64,000 nucleotides of DNA from Octopus sinensis (GCF_006345805.1 NC_043011.1:7750001-7814000), one strand, 5' to 3'; numbered from the stretch's first letter, positions 28,281-42,154 are shown. The notes: generated from the letters alone by a model not told the origin. Numbers and translations are program-made.

Positions 28281-28312
28281 CCTACCTACCTACCTACCTA
28301 CCTACCTACTAC

Positions 28313-28389
<77 letters not shown>

Positions 28390-28408
28390 AATCTACCTAC
28401 CTACCTAC

Positions 28409-28446
<38 letters not shown>

Positions 28447-28575
28447 GTCTGTCTGTCTGTCTGTCTCTCTATCTGTCTGTCTGTCTGCTTTTCTGTCTGC
28501 CTGCGTGTCTGCCTGCCTGCCTGTCTATCTACCTATCTATCTGTCTCTCTGTCTCTCTGTGTATCTATCTATCTA
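28216..28575. repeat. (TATC)n/(TACC)n/(TGTC)n compound microsatellite
   Basis: Direct reading; another (TATC)n at 61040-61325. Confidence 0.97.
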
Positions 28576-30280
28576 CTTGTTTCATTCATTAGACTACGGC
28601 CATGCTGAGGCACCGTCTTCAATATTTAGTCGAATGGATCGAGCCCAGGACTTACTTTTTTTAAAGCCTGGTACTTATTATATTGGTGTCTTTTGCCGAA
28701 CCACTAGGTTATCGGGACGAAAACAAACCAGCACCGGTTGTCAAACGGTGGTTTAGGTCAAAGACAGGCACACACGCACGCGCGTGCATATGGATACGGC
28801 GGGCTTCTTTTTAGTTTCCGTCTACCAAATCCATTCACAAGGCTTCGGTCGGCTCGAAGCTATAGTAGATGACACTTGCCCAAGATGCCACGCAGTGGGA
28901 CTGAACCCGAAAACATATGGTTGGGAAACAAACGTCTTACCGCACAGCCACTCCTGTGCCATGTCTATCGGCGTCTGAATATAGAAAATAGTTTACCTCT
29001 CTACAATTTATAATTCATTTCGTTGGCTGACCAGTTCATCATGGGAAGAACCCGTTGATTTGTAAAGAGGGAGAGAGAGAGAGAGGAGAAAAAGGGGAGA
29101 GAGAGGAGAGAAAGGGGGAGAGAGAGGGTGTGTGTGTGTGTGATATGCAGTATGATCCGGGAGGACCATAACTCAAAAGAGAAATCAGTGCTCGATTATG
29201 TCGGTTGTATATTTTATTTCAATGGCAAGAGGCTCTGTGGAGAATATGGCTAATTCTTCAACTAAATAAGGCAGCGAGCTGGCAGAATGCTTAGCGGCAT
29301 TTCATCCGTCTTCGCGTTCTGAGTTCAAATTCCGCTTAGGGTCGACTTTGCCTTTCATCCTTTCGGGTTCGATAAAATAAGTACCGGTTGTGTACTGGGG
29401 TCGATGTAACCCCTACCCCGCCCCTCGCAATTGCTGGCCTTGTGCTTAAATTTGAAGCCAGTAAGTCAGAGAGCTACACGCCCGTCCACTTAGTTGCAAA
29501 TGCGTTCTGCGATCTCTGGGAAGGAAACAATGCGATGGACTGGTGTCCCGTTCATGGGAGGAAGTTGTAATTTCAGCCACTTATATGTCATGAACACCCA
29601 GTTCTAAGGTTCATGGCAGTGTTAAGTAAGTGTATTCTTAGAAGAACGTCCCTATTTTATTGGGAATTGATGATTGTTTGGCAAATACATAGAATACTTC
29701 AGCTTTCATTGACATATTCAATACAGTCCTGTTTTTTTTCCTTTCGATCGTTACTTTACATGCGAGTCTCTTTAGGAGCGTTCTTTTAGGCAGCGTTTTC
29801 GCAGTCTTTCAGTTGCACATTTAAACAATTTCAGACCTTTGTTCTCAGCCGCCTAAGAACTTACCTTTCTCCCGGAATTATATTTTTGTATATATTGGAC
29901 TTTCTTTCTGGGACCAAAACAGTGCATCATTGCTTATTTTATTGACATAAAGTGCATAAGGTTTATGTCGTTACCCTGTATAGAGAGGACTTCATTTTTA
30001 ATCGATTTCCAAGTAGCGAATTTGTGTATGTTCAGGCTGGAAAGAGGCCGCGCGCTTATAAAAGGGCTTAACTATGGTTTTCTTTGGCTCATACATTATA
30101 GGATCTCCTTGGTCATGGTCTGAGAAGATCTTCGGCATCATGAATTCCAAGTTACTTGTAATGCAGAGATCTCAAATACATTTGCTCTTAATTTGAGTGG
30201 GGTAACAATTTTGTCCATAAATAGTTGAAATAACAGGCTCAAATAGGATATGCTACTTGTCTTTGTTCATACAGTGGCAC

Positions 30281-30332
<52 letters not shown>

Positions 30333-30523
30333 TAGAGAGAGAGAGAGAGAAGAGAGAGAGTGAGTGGCCTTCGGGCTATTTAATACTGGAGATGTTAAAG
30401 GTCGCTTATGACAAATATATTGATCCAGGCCCGTTAAAAACTTTTCTTTCTTACTAAGGTTATCTTCAAGTTTAACATCATGTGTTGAAATATCTAATGG
30501 ACATTATGTTATAAATATAACAC

Positions 30524-30772
30524 TAAAGTGACAGTATGTTGTCAACTTAATGTGACAGTCCTATGAAAGGGAAGAATGCTACCGTTATTTAGCCCTAGGA
30601 AACACCGTTTCCTGTTGGACTTAACACATCTCCTGTTTCCTTATGTTTTCAAAGTGGAGACAGGAAATGTGTCAAGTCCAACAGGCAACGGTGTTTCCTA
30701 GGGCTAAATAACAGTAGTATCCTTCCCTTTCATGGGACTGTCACATTAAATTGACAACATACTATCACTTTA
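30524..30772. repeat. Near-perfect long inverted repeat (fold-back MITE-like)
   Basis: Arms of ~115 bp with about 10 mismatches and a ~15-nt spacer. Confidence 0.9.
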
Positions 30773-30927
30773 TCGTGCTGCTACTGTATAAATCTCTCTG
30801 AGAGATTTAGAAATGTATTATTTCTAATTTCGAATATGACGATATTGAGTTGTTAGATTTGTTCTTTTATTGGGTCAAAAACCAAGTCCGAGTGTGGTAG
30901 CAAGACTTAAGGTGTGACATCTTCTCG

Positions 30928-31617
30928 AACGACGTCCGATCAAAACGTACCGGGGCTGATGTTATAAAAAGAAAACTTCAACATATATCAGTTCAGCATT
31001 TAATGTCCTTCGAGGTAGTCCCCTTCTAAAGCCGCACACTTTATCCAGCATCGTTTCCATTGATGGAAGCATTCCTGAAACTCTTTTTCAAGGATACTGA
31101 GCAGCTGGATTTCTCCGACGTCTTGAAATCTTGTTCCTTTCAAGTAGGATTAGATTTTTGCTTTGGTTTAGAGGTCATAGCCATAGACCCACGATTTGTT
31201 ACCTCTTATGACCATTTTCAAAAAGCTTTCCGTCTTCCTCGACACAATCTAGGAGATTCAGCGCTGCTGAAACTCCGTCTTCTTTTTAAAATGACCACAC
31301 TCTACACACTTTACTTCCCAGCACTGCTATAAACAACGGGAGCGAATGAGGACTTTATAACATAGTGTGCATACGCGACATAGTTCAAGGTCAATTTGTG
31401 CCCAGCGGTTTTACTCTGCGTCCTTTAACTCTTTTACTTGTTTCAGTCATTTGACTGCGGCCATGCTGGAGCACCGCCTTTAGTCGAGCAAATCGACCCC
31501 GGGACTTATTCTTTGTAAGCCCAGTACTTATTCTTTTTGCCGAACCGCTAAGTGACGGAGACGTAAACACACCAGCATCGGTTGTCAAGCAATGCTAGGG
31601 GGACAAACACAGACACA

Positions 31618-31663
<46 letters not shown>

Positions 31664-31875
31664 TATATACGACAGGCTTCTTTCAGTTTCCGTCTACCAA
31701 ATCCACTCACAAGGCATTGGTCGGCCCGGGGCTATAGCAGAAGACACTTTGCCCAAGATGCCACGCAGTGGGACTGAACCCGGAACCATGTGGTTGGTTA
31801 GCAAGCTACTTACCACACAGCCACTCCTGCGCCTATAGCAACAGTCCCGATATATTTTTTTCATCAGACCTCGTA
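30928..31875 (-). mobile_element. Internally deleted mariner transposon, interrupted by a SINE
   Basis: Minus 31000-31104 reads EFQECFHQWKRCWIKCAALEGDYLEGH* (mariner C-terminus). 31153-31222 reads VIRGNKSWVYGYD (TGDESWVY motif). Degenerate TIRs ACGACGTCCGATCAAAACGTACCGGGGCTG / CAGTCCCGATATA..TCATCAGACCTCGTA. Confidence 0.85.
31425..31833 (-). mobile_element. tRNA-derived SINE family B with internal (GT)n, full-length exemplar
   Basis: Head GGCGCAGGAGTGGCTGTGTGGTAAG..GGTTCAGTCCC, CORE-like CTTGGGCAA(A)GTG, internal microsatellite, tail GGTGCTCCAGCATGGCCGCAGTCAAATGACTGAAAC. Other copies at about 1790-2110, 2445-2810, 6615-6750, 8385-8990, 10180-10650, 11670-12060, 15440-15820, 23985-24315, 25115-25272, 28575-28960, 34942-35210, 35455-35670, 36102-36520, 54820-55020 and 55965-56110. 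Confidence 0.88.
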
Positions 31876-34800
31876 TGTAGATGGGAACTTCAGCACGGCT
31901 TCTCTCTTCCATGTCTCAAGGAATTCAATATACTTTGGTCTGTGCATACTTGCAGATGAGAGGATGCACATGTTTACTCTTATATAAGTTTCTGCGATTA
32001 CAATACACATTGGGAATAGCGAAACCTCCAGTGTGGTGCATTTTACACCTGTTACTGATTTGTAAGAGATAACTAGTGTTCAGTAATAATATGGATGTGA
32101 TTTTTGAGTAGGTATCATTGGTGCTTGTCATATTTGAGGTGGTCTTACGTATTGATTGCGTATTAATGTACCTGGCGTTAGTTACGTGTCCGCTGCTGCT
32201 GCTGCTGCTGTTGTTAAGCAACAAGACGGGTAAGGGTGATTAGGTGATGGTCTAGGGCTTAGGGGCGGCAGACCCCAGACCTTGTGGTAAAAAAAAAACT
32301 TTGGTCGTCTTATTGTAGTCGAGGGCTCTTCGTTGACGCCCGACACCACTTGGAAGTGGCCCTCGAAGTCGCTGGAAATGGAGATCTCCAGGTCCAAATT
32401 CTTGAACGGCTGCTGCTAAGTTAGCTGTCAAGGCGTACTACTCCACCGCCTCAGTTTGTACAATATTTACATCTTGCCTTTCGGCGAGGACTGATAGTGT
32501 TCCCTCTGCTTTATTTCTGGTATCCCCGCTTAATTGATAGTGTCCTGTAAATCATAAGAGTTTTTTTGGATACAATTTCCTGCATTCCAGGGAAATGGTT
32601 ACCTTTTCTTTACTATTTCTCTTGTAGAGTTTGAAGGTAATGAATGAGGTACTTAAGTCTTCCTCTCTGTGCTTGCAGGAACCTTTTAGGCAGAACTTGG
32701 TGATGACTCGGGTCCTGCCAGTTCTTAACTTTGTGTCTCTGTTTTTTAGTTTTGTTGTTTAAATCTTTTATTTCTGCTTCTGATTTGGGGTTTCTGCCTC
32801 TGTATACCTCTTCCAAACGATTCTACTTTTCGTCCTTGGTGAAAATTCTCTTATTTTTCAGTTTCTTAACTTCTGCTGCTTTTTTCAGTAGTGGTGGCTT
32901 TGGGGTGGGGCTTGTTGTGTTCTTAATGGCCTTCTTGGCATCTTTCCTCATATCATAAACTTGATCCATCTGGATCTCTGTGGAACCTGAGGAACACCAG
33001 ATGAAATGGAATAAGTAGAAAAATTGTATCCATTTATAACAAATGCTGCACTCATACAGGAAGAAAATACAAGGATCCTAAGGAGTTTTTCAGAAATTAG
33101 ATTTTTGAAGGAGATCCGCATGCCAAACCCTTTATAATGTTTTGATATCTTTAAAGCTCTACAATAATTGCCTTAGTACAATTATTTAAAGCACAGTAGA
33201 TCACTCACTTATTACAGGAAGTTCAGAAATGTAGCAAAAAGCACAAAAACCGTAACTTTAGTAAGTTTCATATACTGAGATTAAGTGTTTGCAAGAACGT
33301 TCGTGCAGAATTTCCTAGCTGAGGAGTGAAGACATACAATATTTTCTGGTATGGAAGTCAACGTTTTCAATTTTCAAACCAAAATTTCAAAATTTGCAGT
33401 AAAAAAAAAAAAAAAAGGTAGGTCGACAACTTTGGAAGATCAAAAAGGGTCTGTGAAATGCAGTAGAATTTGAAAAGATAGTGACGATGTTTGAAGATTT
33501 ACACTACATGTTTGCACCAGATCGACTTGCGTGTTGGAAAATAAGGTAGCTTTTTTTTATTTTTAAAGTTGTCCCGACGATAACTACGGGGAAATGGTTT
33601 CTAAGAGCAGTAGTAGAGATACAGGCAAAGGAAAACCAGGAAGAGAAATGTCGCATACGATCAGTGAAATGAATGTTTTTGAAAATAAAAGTGATACGAG
33701 TTTGGATTTGGTCTGACCGTGATAACAGGTTTTAACCGACACTCAAAGTGAAAAATTGTTTGAGTAAGAAATGTTTGATAGGTATCGATCATTTTAGATA
33801 CCGAATGATTGGTTGTTATGTGGTGGTTCGAATCCTCAGCAAATCTGTGAAGGAGGTCACTAGAAAAAATGTTTACAAACATTATGTAGAAGATAGCAAG
33901 ATTTCTAAAGAATTATAATGGATTGAGGTCTAAGAGCCATTGCAACAGGAACTATTTTGCAAAGAGTGTTAATAGAATAAATAAATGAATCTATTTTAGA
34001 ATCATTAAAAAAAAACCTTAAAATTTTCTCTCAGGTTTATGGTGATTTATAACTAGGAAGAATAACCTGTAGCTTGAGAAAATACGATTTACCTATTGAA
34101 TGGTGACACGTAATGCTCTAACACTACAGACTGATGAATTTCGGAGTGATGGAGTGGTCCAGATATAATCTCGCCTGTGCAGTCTGTGGTTGCATTATAC
34201 TTTCAAAAGCCGGTTATGTCATTCATGAAATGTCACATAATCCCAAGTCAGCTTGTGTTGGCATACGTATGATCAAAAACATTCCAGATTTGACTATGCC
34301 ATCTAGTTTTGTTGTTGTTTTTTTTTACAATAATTCTGTGTTCTGGATGAGATTATTCCATTGCACCGTTCATGTTATATAAATATCTTTAAAAAAAAAA
34401 CAGGCTGTGATTTGAGAGAGGCTGAAGATGTCATTTTTAGCAAGTCCAGTGATTTTTTCTGAGGTTCTTGTTGCTTGTATAGGAACCAGGGACCGGGACC
34501 CTTATTGCAGTTTGCATAGTGACCAAGCCCCTGCTAAATACACTGTTAGCGGAGACTTGGTTACTACTGCTGTTGTTGTTAGCCCTAGAATCAGTCCTTA
34601 TAAAGCAGACCAGTGATTGCTAGGCATCCCAAGCACGACTGTCTTACCTTTTTGTATACCAAGATCTACATTTTCCATTGTGCACGCCCACCACTTTTTT
34701 AAAGACGATTAATTGCGTAAACCAAGTGAGTTTTTGTCTGTTATTTATCGCAAGTTGATCGACTATATCAGGCAAGCAGTGTGGATGCTTTCGGCCTCGG

Positions 34801-35133
34801 GCGAAATTTCACCCGCATTCATACTCAAATAGAAAAACCGCTCACTGAAGAAGTGTGTAAAACCCTTTATGAAATAAATAAAATCAAAACTCCACCACTT
34901 AACCAGTTTAATTAAAATATTCATTTAATCTAAGTTCCATTTAGGTGCAAGCGAGGCTGTCTGAGTAAGAAGCTTGCCTTGAAACCACATGGTTTCGGGT
35001 TCAGATCCACTGCACGGCACACTTGCGCAAGTGTCTTCAGCTGTAGCTTCGGGTTTGACAAATGACTTGTGAGTGAATTTGGTGGGCGGAAACTGTGTAG
35101 AAGCCTGTATATATATGAGTGTGTGTGTGTGTG

Positions 35134-35180
<47 letters not shown>

Positions 35181-35695
35181 ATCTCTCCCACGCCGCTTGT
35201 GACACAGTGTCTACTTCTGAACAAGCTATTTACATATGAAAAAAATCTTTAAGTATTACTAAAAATATAACGCAAAACAATATTTGAAACAATAGCAGCA
35301 CAAGACATTGGCTAGAGCAGGGGTCCCCAACAACCTAACCCCCGACCAGCGCAGGGCCACGCTGAAAGAAGGAATGTCCAAATTTTATTCCTGTTGAAAT
35401 GACTATCGCAGTCTGCAGGAATTTTTGCATTGTGTATGCAATATGTTCTTTTTATTCTTTTACTTGTTTCAATCATTTGACTGCGGTCATGTTGGAGCAC
35501 TATCTTGAAGTGTTTTTATTTTAGTCGAACAAGTTGACCCCAGGTCTGTTTTTTAAAGTCTAGTACTTGTTCTATCGGTTTCTTTTGCCGCCGAACCGTT
35601 AGGTTACGGGGACGTAAACACACCAACACCGGTTGTCAAGCAGTGATGGGGACAAAGACACACACACACATACACACATATATGCATATATATAA

Positions 35696-35744
<49 letters not shown>

Positions 35745-35820
35745 ATGCACACATACACACACACATATATATATATATATACATATAGATGTATGTGTGT
35801 ATATATATATATATATATGC

Positions 35821-35978
35821 TCGAAATAAGGAGTAGAAGGACAGCCGACAACTGATGAAGGGTCGGTTTTTATGTTACTTGTCTTGTTTTCCATTTGTTT
35901 CTCTCGTTCTTTGCGTACCCAACGTTATTTTCGTATTTCATGTTGTTTACGTTTTGTGCCGTCCTGTACCCATATATG
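35821..35978 (+). mobile_element. Family F-related element, 5'-truncated divergent copy
   Basis: TCGAAA..GGAGTAGA..GACAACTGATGAAGGG..GTCCTGTACCCATATATG between (TA)n tracts. Confidence 0.65.
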
Positions 35979-36059
35979 GAAACCTAGATACATGTATATG
36001 TATGTATGTACATATATGTATATATGCATATATGCATATGTATGTATATGGGAGGGGTG

Positions 36060-36094
<35 letters not shown>

Positions 36095-36887
36095 ATATAT
36101 TTAGGCGCAGGCGTGGCTATTTGGTAAGAAGTTTCCTTTTTAACCACGTAGTTCCGTGTTCAGTCCCACTCAGTGGTACCTTGATTAAGTGTCTTCTATT
36201 ATAACTTAAGGCTAACCAAAGTCTTGTGAGTGGATTAGGGAGACGGAAATTGAAAAAAAGGAGCCCGTCGTATGTGTGTGTGTGTGTGTGTGTGAGTGCG
36301 TGCGTGTGTGTGCCTTTGTGTCCCTTTGTGTCCCCGCCGCATGGCTTGACAACCGATGCTGGTGTATTTATGTCTCCGTAACTTAGAGGTTCGACCTAAG
36401 AAACCGATAGAATAAGTGCCAGACCTAAGAGAAGTCCTGGGGTCGATTTATTCGACTAAAACTCTTCAAAGAGGTGCCACAGTATGGCCGCAGTTCAAGG
36501 TCTGAAGTAAAATAAAAGATACCAAGGACTTTGTAAACTTTAGAGATTCTCTATCGACTCATTACGTTCTGTGTTGAAATTCCACAGTGATCGACTTTGC
36601 CTTTCGTGCTGTCGGGATCGATGAAATTGGCTAGCCCCCCCCCCCCATCCCGTCTACCAAAATATCCTATAGTAGAAAGGACTAAATTCCTTAGAATAGT
36701 TTGCACACCGGTCAAAATAGTTAGCGGCATTTCGTCCGTCTTTGCGTTCTGAGTTCAAATTCCGCCGAGGTCGACTTTGTCTTTCATCATTTGAGATCGA
36801 TAAAATACCAGTTGATCAATGAGATCGATTTAATCAAGTAACCACCTTCTCTAAAAAATTTCACGCCTTTTGCCTATTGTAGATAAG

Positions 36888-36934
<47 letters not shown>

Positions 36935-37021
36935 CATTATTATTATTATTATCATTATTATCATTATTATCATCCTTCTTCTTCTTCTTCTTCTTCTTCT
37001 TCTTCTTCTTCTTTCCTTCTT

Positions 37022-37052
<31 letters not shown>

Positions 37053-37120
37053 TTATTATTATTATTATTATTATCATTATTATTATTATTATTATCATCA
37101 TCATTATCATTATTATCATC

Positions 37121-37151
<31 letters not shown>

Positions 37152-37157
37152 TTATTA

Positions 37158-37200
<43 letters not shown>

Positions 37201-38504
37201 GTAGCACAGATGCGCCCCTACAGGTTTTTATGCACTTGTAAATCGTCAAAACACCCCAGGTATACTTACACGAAAAAAAGGGGGAAAAGAAAGGGAAAAG
37301 GAAAAAGAGTTCATCGCCCTCCCACGCCACCGCCACCGGCATTTAGAAGGCTCCCTTTCGCTGGTTCCATCTTAAACAGTGAATGTGAAATATAAGGGCG
37401 GCGCTGGTGGCGAGTGGTTTGTTGTTGCTTTCAGTGATTGAGACGACAATTGTTGAGAAAGAATCACTTCAGCCTGTCTTTTCTCCTTTAACTTAAGACA
37501 CAACAAAAGTCTCAGGGTAGGTTTTGAATAAGGAGAAAGAAAAGGAGGGGGAGGCAGTGCGAGTTAGAAAGAGGAAGAGAGTGAGAGAGTAAGGGTGAGA
37601 GAGTAAGTAAGTGAGAGGCACGATCCCCGTATATTTAATACAATTCCATACCGACTGAACAACAAGCAGTCTTCTCTTAACTCCATCACCCGCTTGCTTA
37701 CTTCTTATCTTTCGTGCTACCTCTCCCTCACCCACCTGCTTGTTTCCTTTCTTTCTCTCCTCCCTCTCTCACTCTCTCCCACCTCCTACACGCCCTCGCC
37801 ATCTCTTCCTCTCTCTTCATCTCCTACTCGCTCTCCATCTCTCTCTCCAGACGTGAATGACAAGGCAGGAGATATTTTTGTTAAAATGTCTCTAAAAATT
37901 TCGTACATAACAACGAAAGGAGATTATGTGGCGTTCATGCACCTTCACTGCTGCTGCTGCTGTCGCTCATTCTTCTATCCACTTTTAAGACAGTAAAATG
38001 TAATTTGAGGGAGATTTAATTACTATTTCTTGCAGGTTGAGCGATCATGTGGAGACTCATCATCATCATCATCATCATCATCATTTGATGGAAAGTTCTG
38101 CCAGACTAAGGTGACACTTGTTTACTGATCATCCATCAAGAACCCTACGGAGAAAGGATGAAAGGCAAAGCCGAGGTCGATTTTGCCTTTCATCCTTTCG
38201 GGCTCGATAAATTAAGTACCAGTTGAGTATTGGGGATCGACTAGTCCCTTTCCCCAAAATTTCAGCCCTTGAGCCTTTAACGCAAATTCATAAAAATTAT
38301 TTATTAGTACACCGGGCAAAATGCCTAACTGCATTTCGTCCGTCATTACGTTCTGAGTTCAAACTCCACCGAGGTCGACTTTGTCTTTCATCTTTTAGGG
38401 TCGGTGAAAAAAGTACCAGCCGAATACTGGGGTCGGTGTAATCGATTACTCGCATCTCCCAGTTTCAGGCCTTGTGCCTTTAGTGGAAAGGAGGATTATT
38501 GTTG

Positions 38505-39292
38505 TTATTGTCCTTGCACAGCTTCTAACGCTTGAGATGTACTACAGTGTTAGCTGTTCACTACCAGTGAACTAAGGTAACACCCCCTATTTTTCAAGCA
38601 CCTTCCGGAGTATTTGAGCGGTTCCAAGTAGTGTTGTTTTCTGCAAGTGCTCCGCCCTTATTGTAGCCCCTATTTCTTCCACGTCCTTCTCGAGATTTTT
38701 GCTCACTGTTCCCAGGGCTCCGACAATTATTGGTACTACTGCTACCTTTTTCATCGACCACAACTGCTTAACTTTCCAAGCTAACCCATCATATCCCTCG
38801 ACTTTTCTTTCTTCCTTCTCGCATAACTTGTTGTCAGCTGGGCATGCTATGTCTATGATCCAGCATAGTTTGTTTTCTTTCTCAATTAAGACTTCCTATT
38901 CTCTATCTCCTGGTCGCACTGAATCATGAAATCCCATAGAATCTTTGCATTTCTATTTTCGACAATGGTTTCAGGTTTGTGGTCGTACCAATTTTTTGCT
39001 CTGTCAAGTCCATATTTGTTGCAGAGTGTCCGAGAGCTATATTGTCGTGGCGTCTCTTATATTCCTTCTGAGCCAGTGGCATACATTGACTGATAAAATA
39101 TGCCATACGGTTTCACCGTTTTGTCCACAGATTCTGCACTTATCACTTTCTGTTGTCTATTTTGTATTTTATGTAGTTTGTTCTTAGTGCTTCCTCTTGG
39201 GGCAGCACAGATTAGAGCCTCCGTTTTTCAATCACTTTTAGTCATCCACAGCCATCTTTTTCTCTGTCTGTCTTATCTTCAGCATCCCTATG
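38505..39292 (-). mobile_element. Second, divergent R4/Dong-like family, degenerate 3' fragment
   Basis: Minus-strand translation gives CRICGQNGETV.HI..C.PLAQKEYKRRHDNIA and RLE-like IIDIACP..PIIVGALGTV. It ends in (AAT/AAC)n. Confidence 0.75.
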
Positions 39293-39336
39293 AAGTTCTT
39301 CTTCTTCTTCTTCTTCTTCTTCTTCTTCTTCTTCTT

Positions 39337-39397
<61 letters not shown>

Positions 39398-39441
39398 TAT
39401 TATTATATTATTATTATATTATTATTATTATTATTATCAGT

Positions 39442-42154
39442 CAGTAGTTTTATTTTTATAACGTGCTTTCACTTCACTACCGAGCGCAGCTCTGTGTGCC
39501 TTGGGTATGTGCTGTGATTTGTTGTGATGCTCTGATGGTTACTGTATTGAAAGTGTTCTGCGTAGGATGTGTGCAGTGCCTAGTAGTGCAATTTTCTGTA
39601 TGTTATATGTGTTTGTAAGTCCTGGTGTTTTTGTTATGTATTTGTCTGAATATTTTTTTATCATGCCTAATGCACCTACTATGATAGGAATTGTTTCTGT
39701 TTTTAGATTCCATATTCTGGTTACCTCTATTTACAGGTCTTTTTTATTTTGAAAGTTTCTCCATGTCTTTTAGAGAAACGTTGTCATCAGCTGGTATTGA
39801 TACATCAATTAGAAAGCAGTTTCTTTCTTCATGATCTCTGAGAACTATATCTGGTCTGTTAGCCTTAATTTCTCTATCTGTGTGTATTGGCATATCCCAG
39901 AGTATGGTTGCTTTCTCGTTTTCTGTGACCTTTTCTGGTGTGTGTTTATACCATCTTTTTTCTGTTGTTATTCCATAATGTTGGCATAGCTTCCAGTGTA
40001 TGTAGGTCCCAACTCTCGTGTCTGTGAATATATTCCTTCTTAGCCAGGACTGGGCAGCTAGAGATAATATGATTTATTGTTTCTTGTCCATCTTCACATA
40101 TTCTGCAGTTACTAGTTATATTTCTTTTCATTACATATTTTTGGTAATTCCTGGCTGGGGGGAGGCTTTGGTCTTGTGCTGCAATTAAAAAACCCTCTGT
40201 CTCTGCTTTGAGTCCTGAGCTTCTCAACCACTGCCGGAATTTTTCTTTGTCTATTTCTTTTGCATTTAGTTTAGTCCAGTACTTGCCATGAAGGGGCTTT
40301 TCTTGCCATCGTTTTATCATGATCCGTTGCTGTTCTATTTTTAGTTTGGATTTCATTTGTTTTATAGCTTTTGTTGTTTCTTCATCTTCTTCTTCATATT
40401 TGTTAGGTGGTATGATTTCTTGTTTGTATTTGTCAGCTTCCTTAAATACTGAGAGCAGTTTTTTGTTTTGCTCGTGTTTTGCCGCTATTTGTATCAGTTT
40501 TCCTTGCTTCTGAAGTAGGTATTTTTGCAGTCCTATGGTGGTTATTTTATAGTAGTTTTCCAGCTTTATAAGGTCTCTACCACCTTCTATACGTTGTTTA
40601 TATAGCCTTTCTATGTCAGATTTTGGGTGATGCATCCTAAATCCTGTCATTATTTTTCTTGTTTTTCTATCTATTTTGATTAATTCATTTAGTGTCCAGT
40701 TAAGGATATTGTAGCTGTAACTTATAACTGGGACGGCTAAAGTGTTGATACCTATTATCTTGTTTTTAGCATTGAGCTCTGTTTTCAGTATTGATCTAAC
40801 TCGTCTATAATATTCTTTTTTTATTTTCTCTTTCATTTGTGTGTGTTGTGTCTTATCTAGTTCATGGATTCCTAAATATTTGTAAGTTTGGCTTTGGTCT
40901 AATTCTTTTATTTCATTGGCTTTATCTAGTGTGATGTTGCTACGCTTAACTAGTTTTCCTCTTTTCAGGGTTGCTTTGACGCATTTTTCTAATCCAAATT
41001 TCATATCTATTTCTTTGGTAAATCCATGAACTGTCTTTAGTAGTGTTTCCGGCTGTTTGTCATTTGTAGCGTATAGTTTTAGGTCATCCATATATAAAAG
41101 GTGGCTGATCGTTTTGCTGTAACATTTATATCCGCATCCAGTTCTATTTAGCATATCAGATAGAGGTGATAGTGCCAAGCAGAAAAGGAGTGGAGAGAGC
41201 GTGTCTCCCTGGAATATACCTCTTCTAATGGGGATGGCTCTGGTTTTCACGAGTCCCTCTTTTGTTTGGAGATGTAGCACCGTCTGCCATTTATTCATAG
41301 AGTGTCCTGTGTATTTTATAATTCTTGGTGCTACTTTGTTAATGGCTAGTGTTTCGAGGATCCATGTGTGGGGGATGCTATCAAACGCCTTTCTGTAGTC
41401 GATCCAGGCCATACTGAGGCCTTTCTTCTTTCTGTGGCTGTCTTCAGTTATGGCTTTATTGATCATTAGTTGATCTTTACAGCCATATGAGCCCTTGCGG
41501 CATCCTTTCTGCTCTTCTGGAAACAGGTTGTTTTCGTCCAGGTGCTTGTTTAATCTTTGTGATATTACTGCAGTAAATGCTTTGTAGATTGTAGGGAGAC
41601 AGGTTATAGTTCTGTAGTTTTCTGGTTTTGCTGTCTCATTGGATTTGGGAATTAAGATGGTTTTCCCCTTCGTGAGCCATTCAGGCATTGTCTCTGGCTC
41701 TGCCAGTATGTTGTTAAAGTTTTCAGCCAGCTTTTTGTGCATTCCTGGTAGATATTTCAACCAGAAGTTGGGGATCTTGTCATGCCCAGGTGCCTTCCAG
41801 TAGCTTTGTCTTTGCAGTGCCTGGGTGACCTCTTCAGTTGTTATGGGGGTCCAAAGTTGCTCAGATGCTGAGTTAGTTGTTTTAATACTTCTTTTTTTTT
41901 TGTTGTTCTTTCGCCAACCATATTTCTTTCCAGAATTCTTCCACTTCTTCTGCCGTTGGTGCTGCAATGATGTCTATTTTATTTTTGCCAAGTTCTTGGT
42001 AGAACTTTTTGGGGTTGGAGTTGAACTGTTTGTTTTGTTCAAAGAAGCGTTAGCGTTTCTCATACCGGCGAATCCTTTGTGCTTTGGTAAAGATGTCTTG
42101 CTTTAGCTTTTCTTTTATCTCAGGTAAATCTTTTTCTGTGATGTTGTATTTTAT
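39442..42154 (-). mobile_element. R4/Dong-type non-LTR retrotransposon (RT + CCHC + restriction-like endonuclease), 5'-truncated, frameshifted
   Basis: ORF 39946..41967 has RT motifs (KAPGHD, EQKGC, WIDYRKAFDS, GIFQGDTLSPLLF, HLLYMDDLKLY, YKYLG) and a CRIC..H..C knuckle with RH. The downstream frame carries the RPDIV..IDVS RLE motif. Its 3' UTR matches the 17.5-kb copy and both ends abut (TAA)n. Confidence 0.93.
39946..41967 (-). pseudogene. Reverse transcriptase ORF of the R4/Dong-like element (frameshifted at both ends)
   Basis: 673-aa open frame with complete RT motifs. The upstream segment (RIRRYEKR*RFFEQNKQFNSNPKKFY) and the downstream RLE segment lie in other frames. Confidence 0.9.

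Noticed and set aside
34470-34515. CIGTRDRDPYC resembles the semaphorin PSI motif (RDPYC)
   Set aside because: No following Trp/Cys pattern or convincing splice sites; likely chance.
34790-34880. GCGAAA and CTGAAGA motifs in proximity
   Set aside because: I could not build stems I and III in any strand order.
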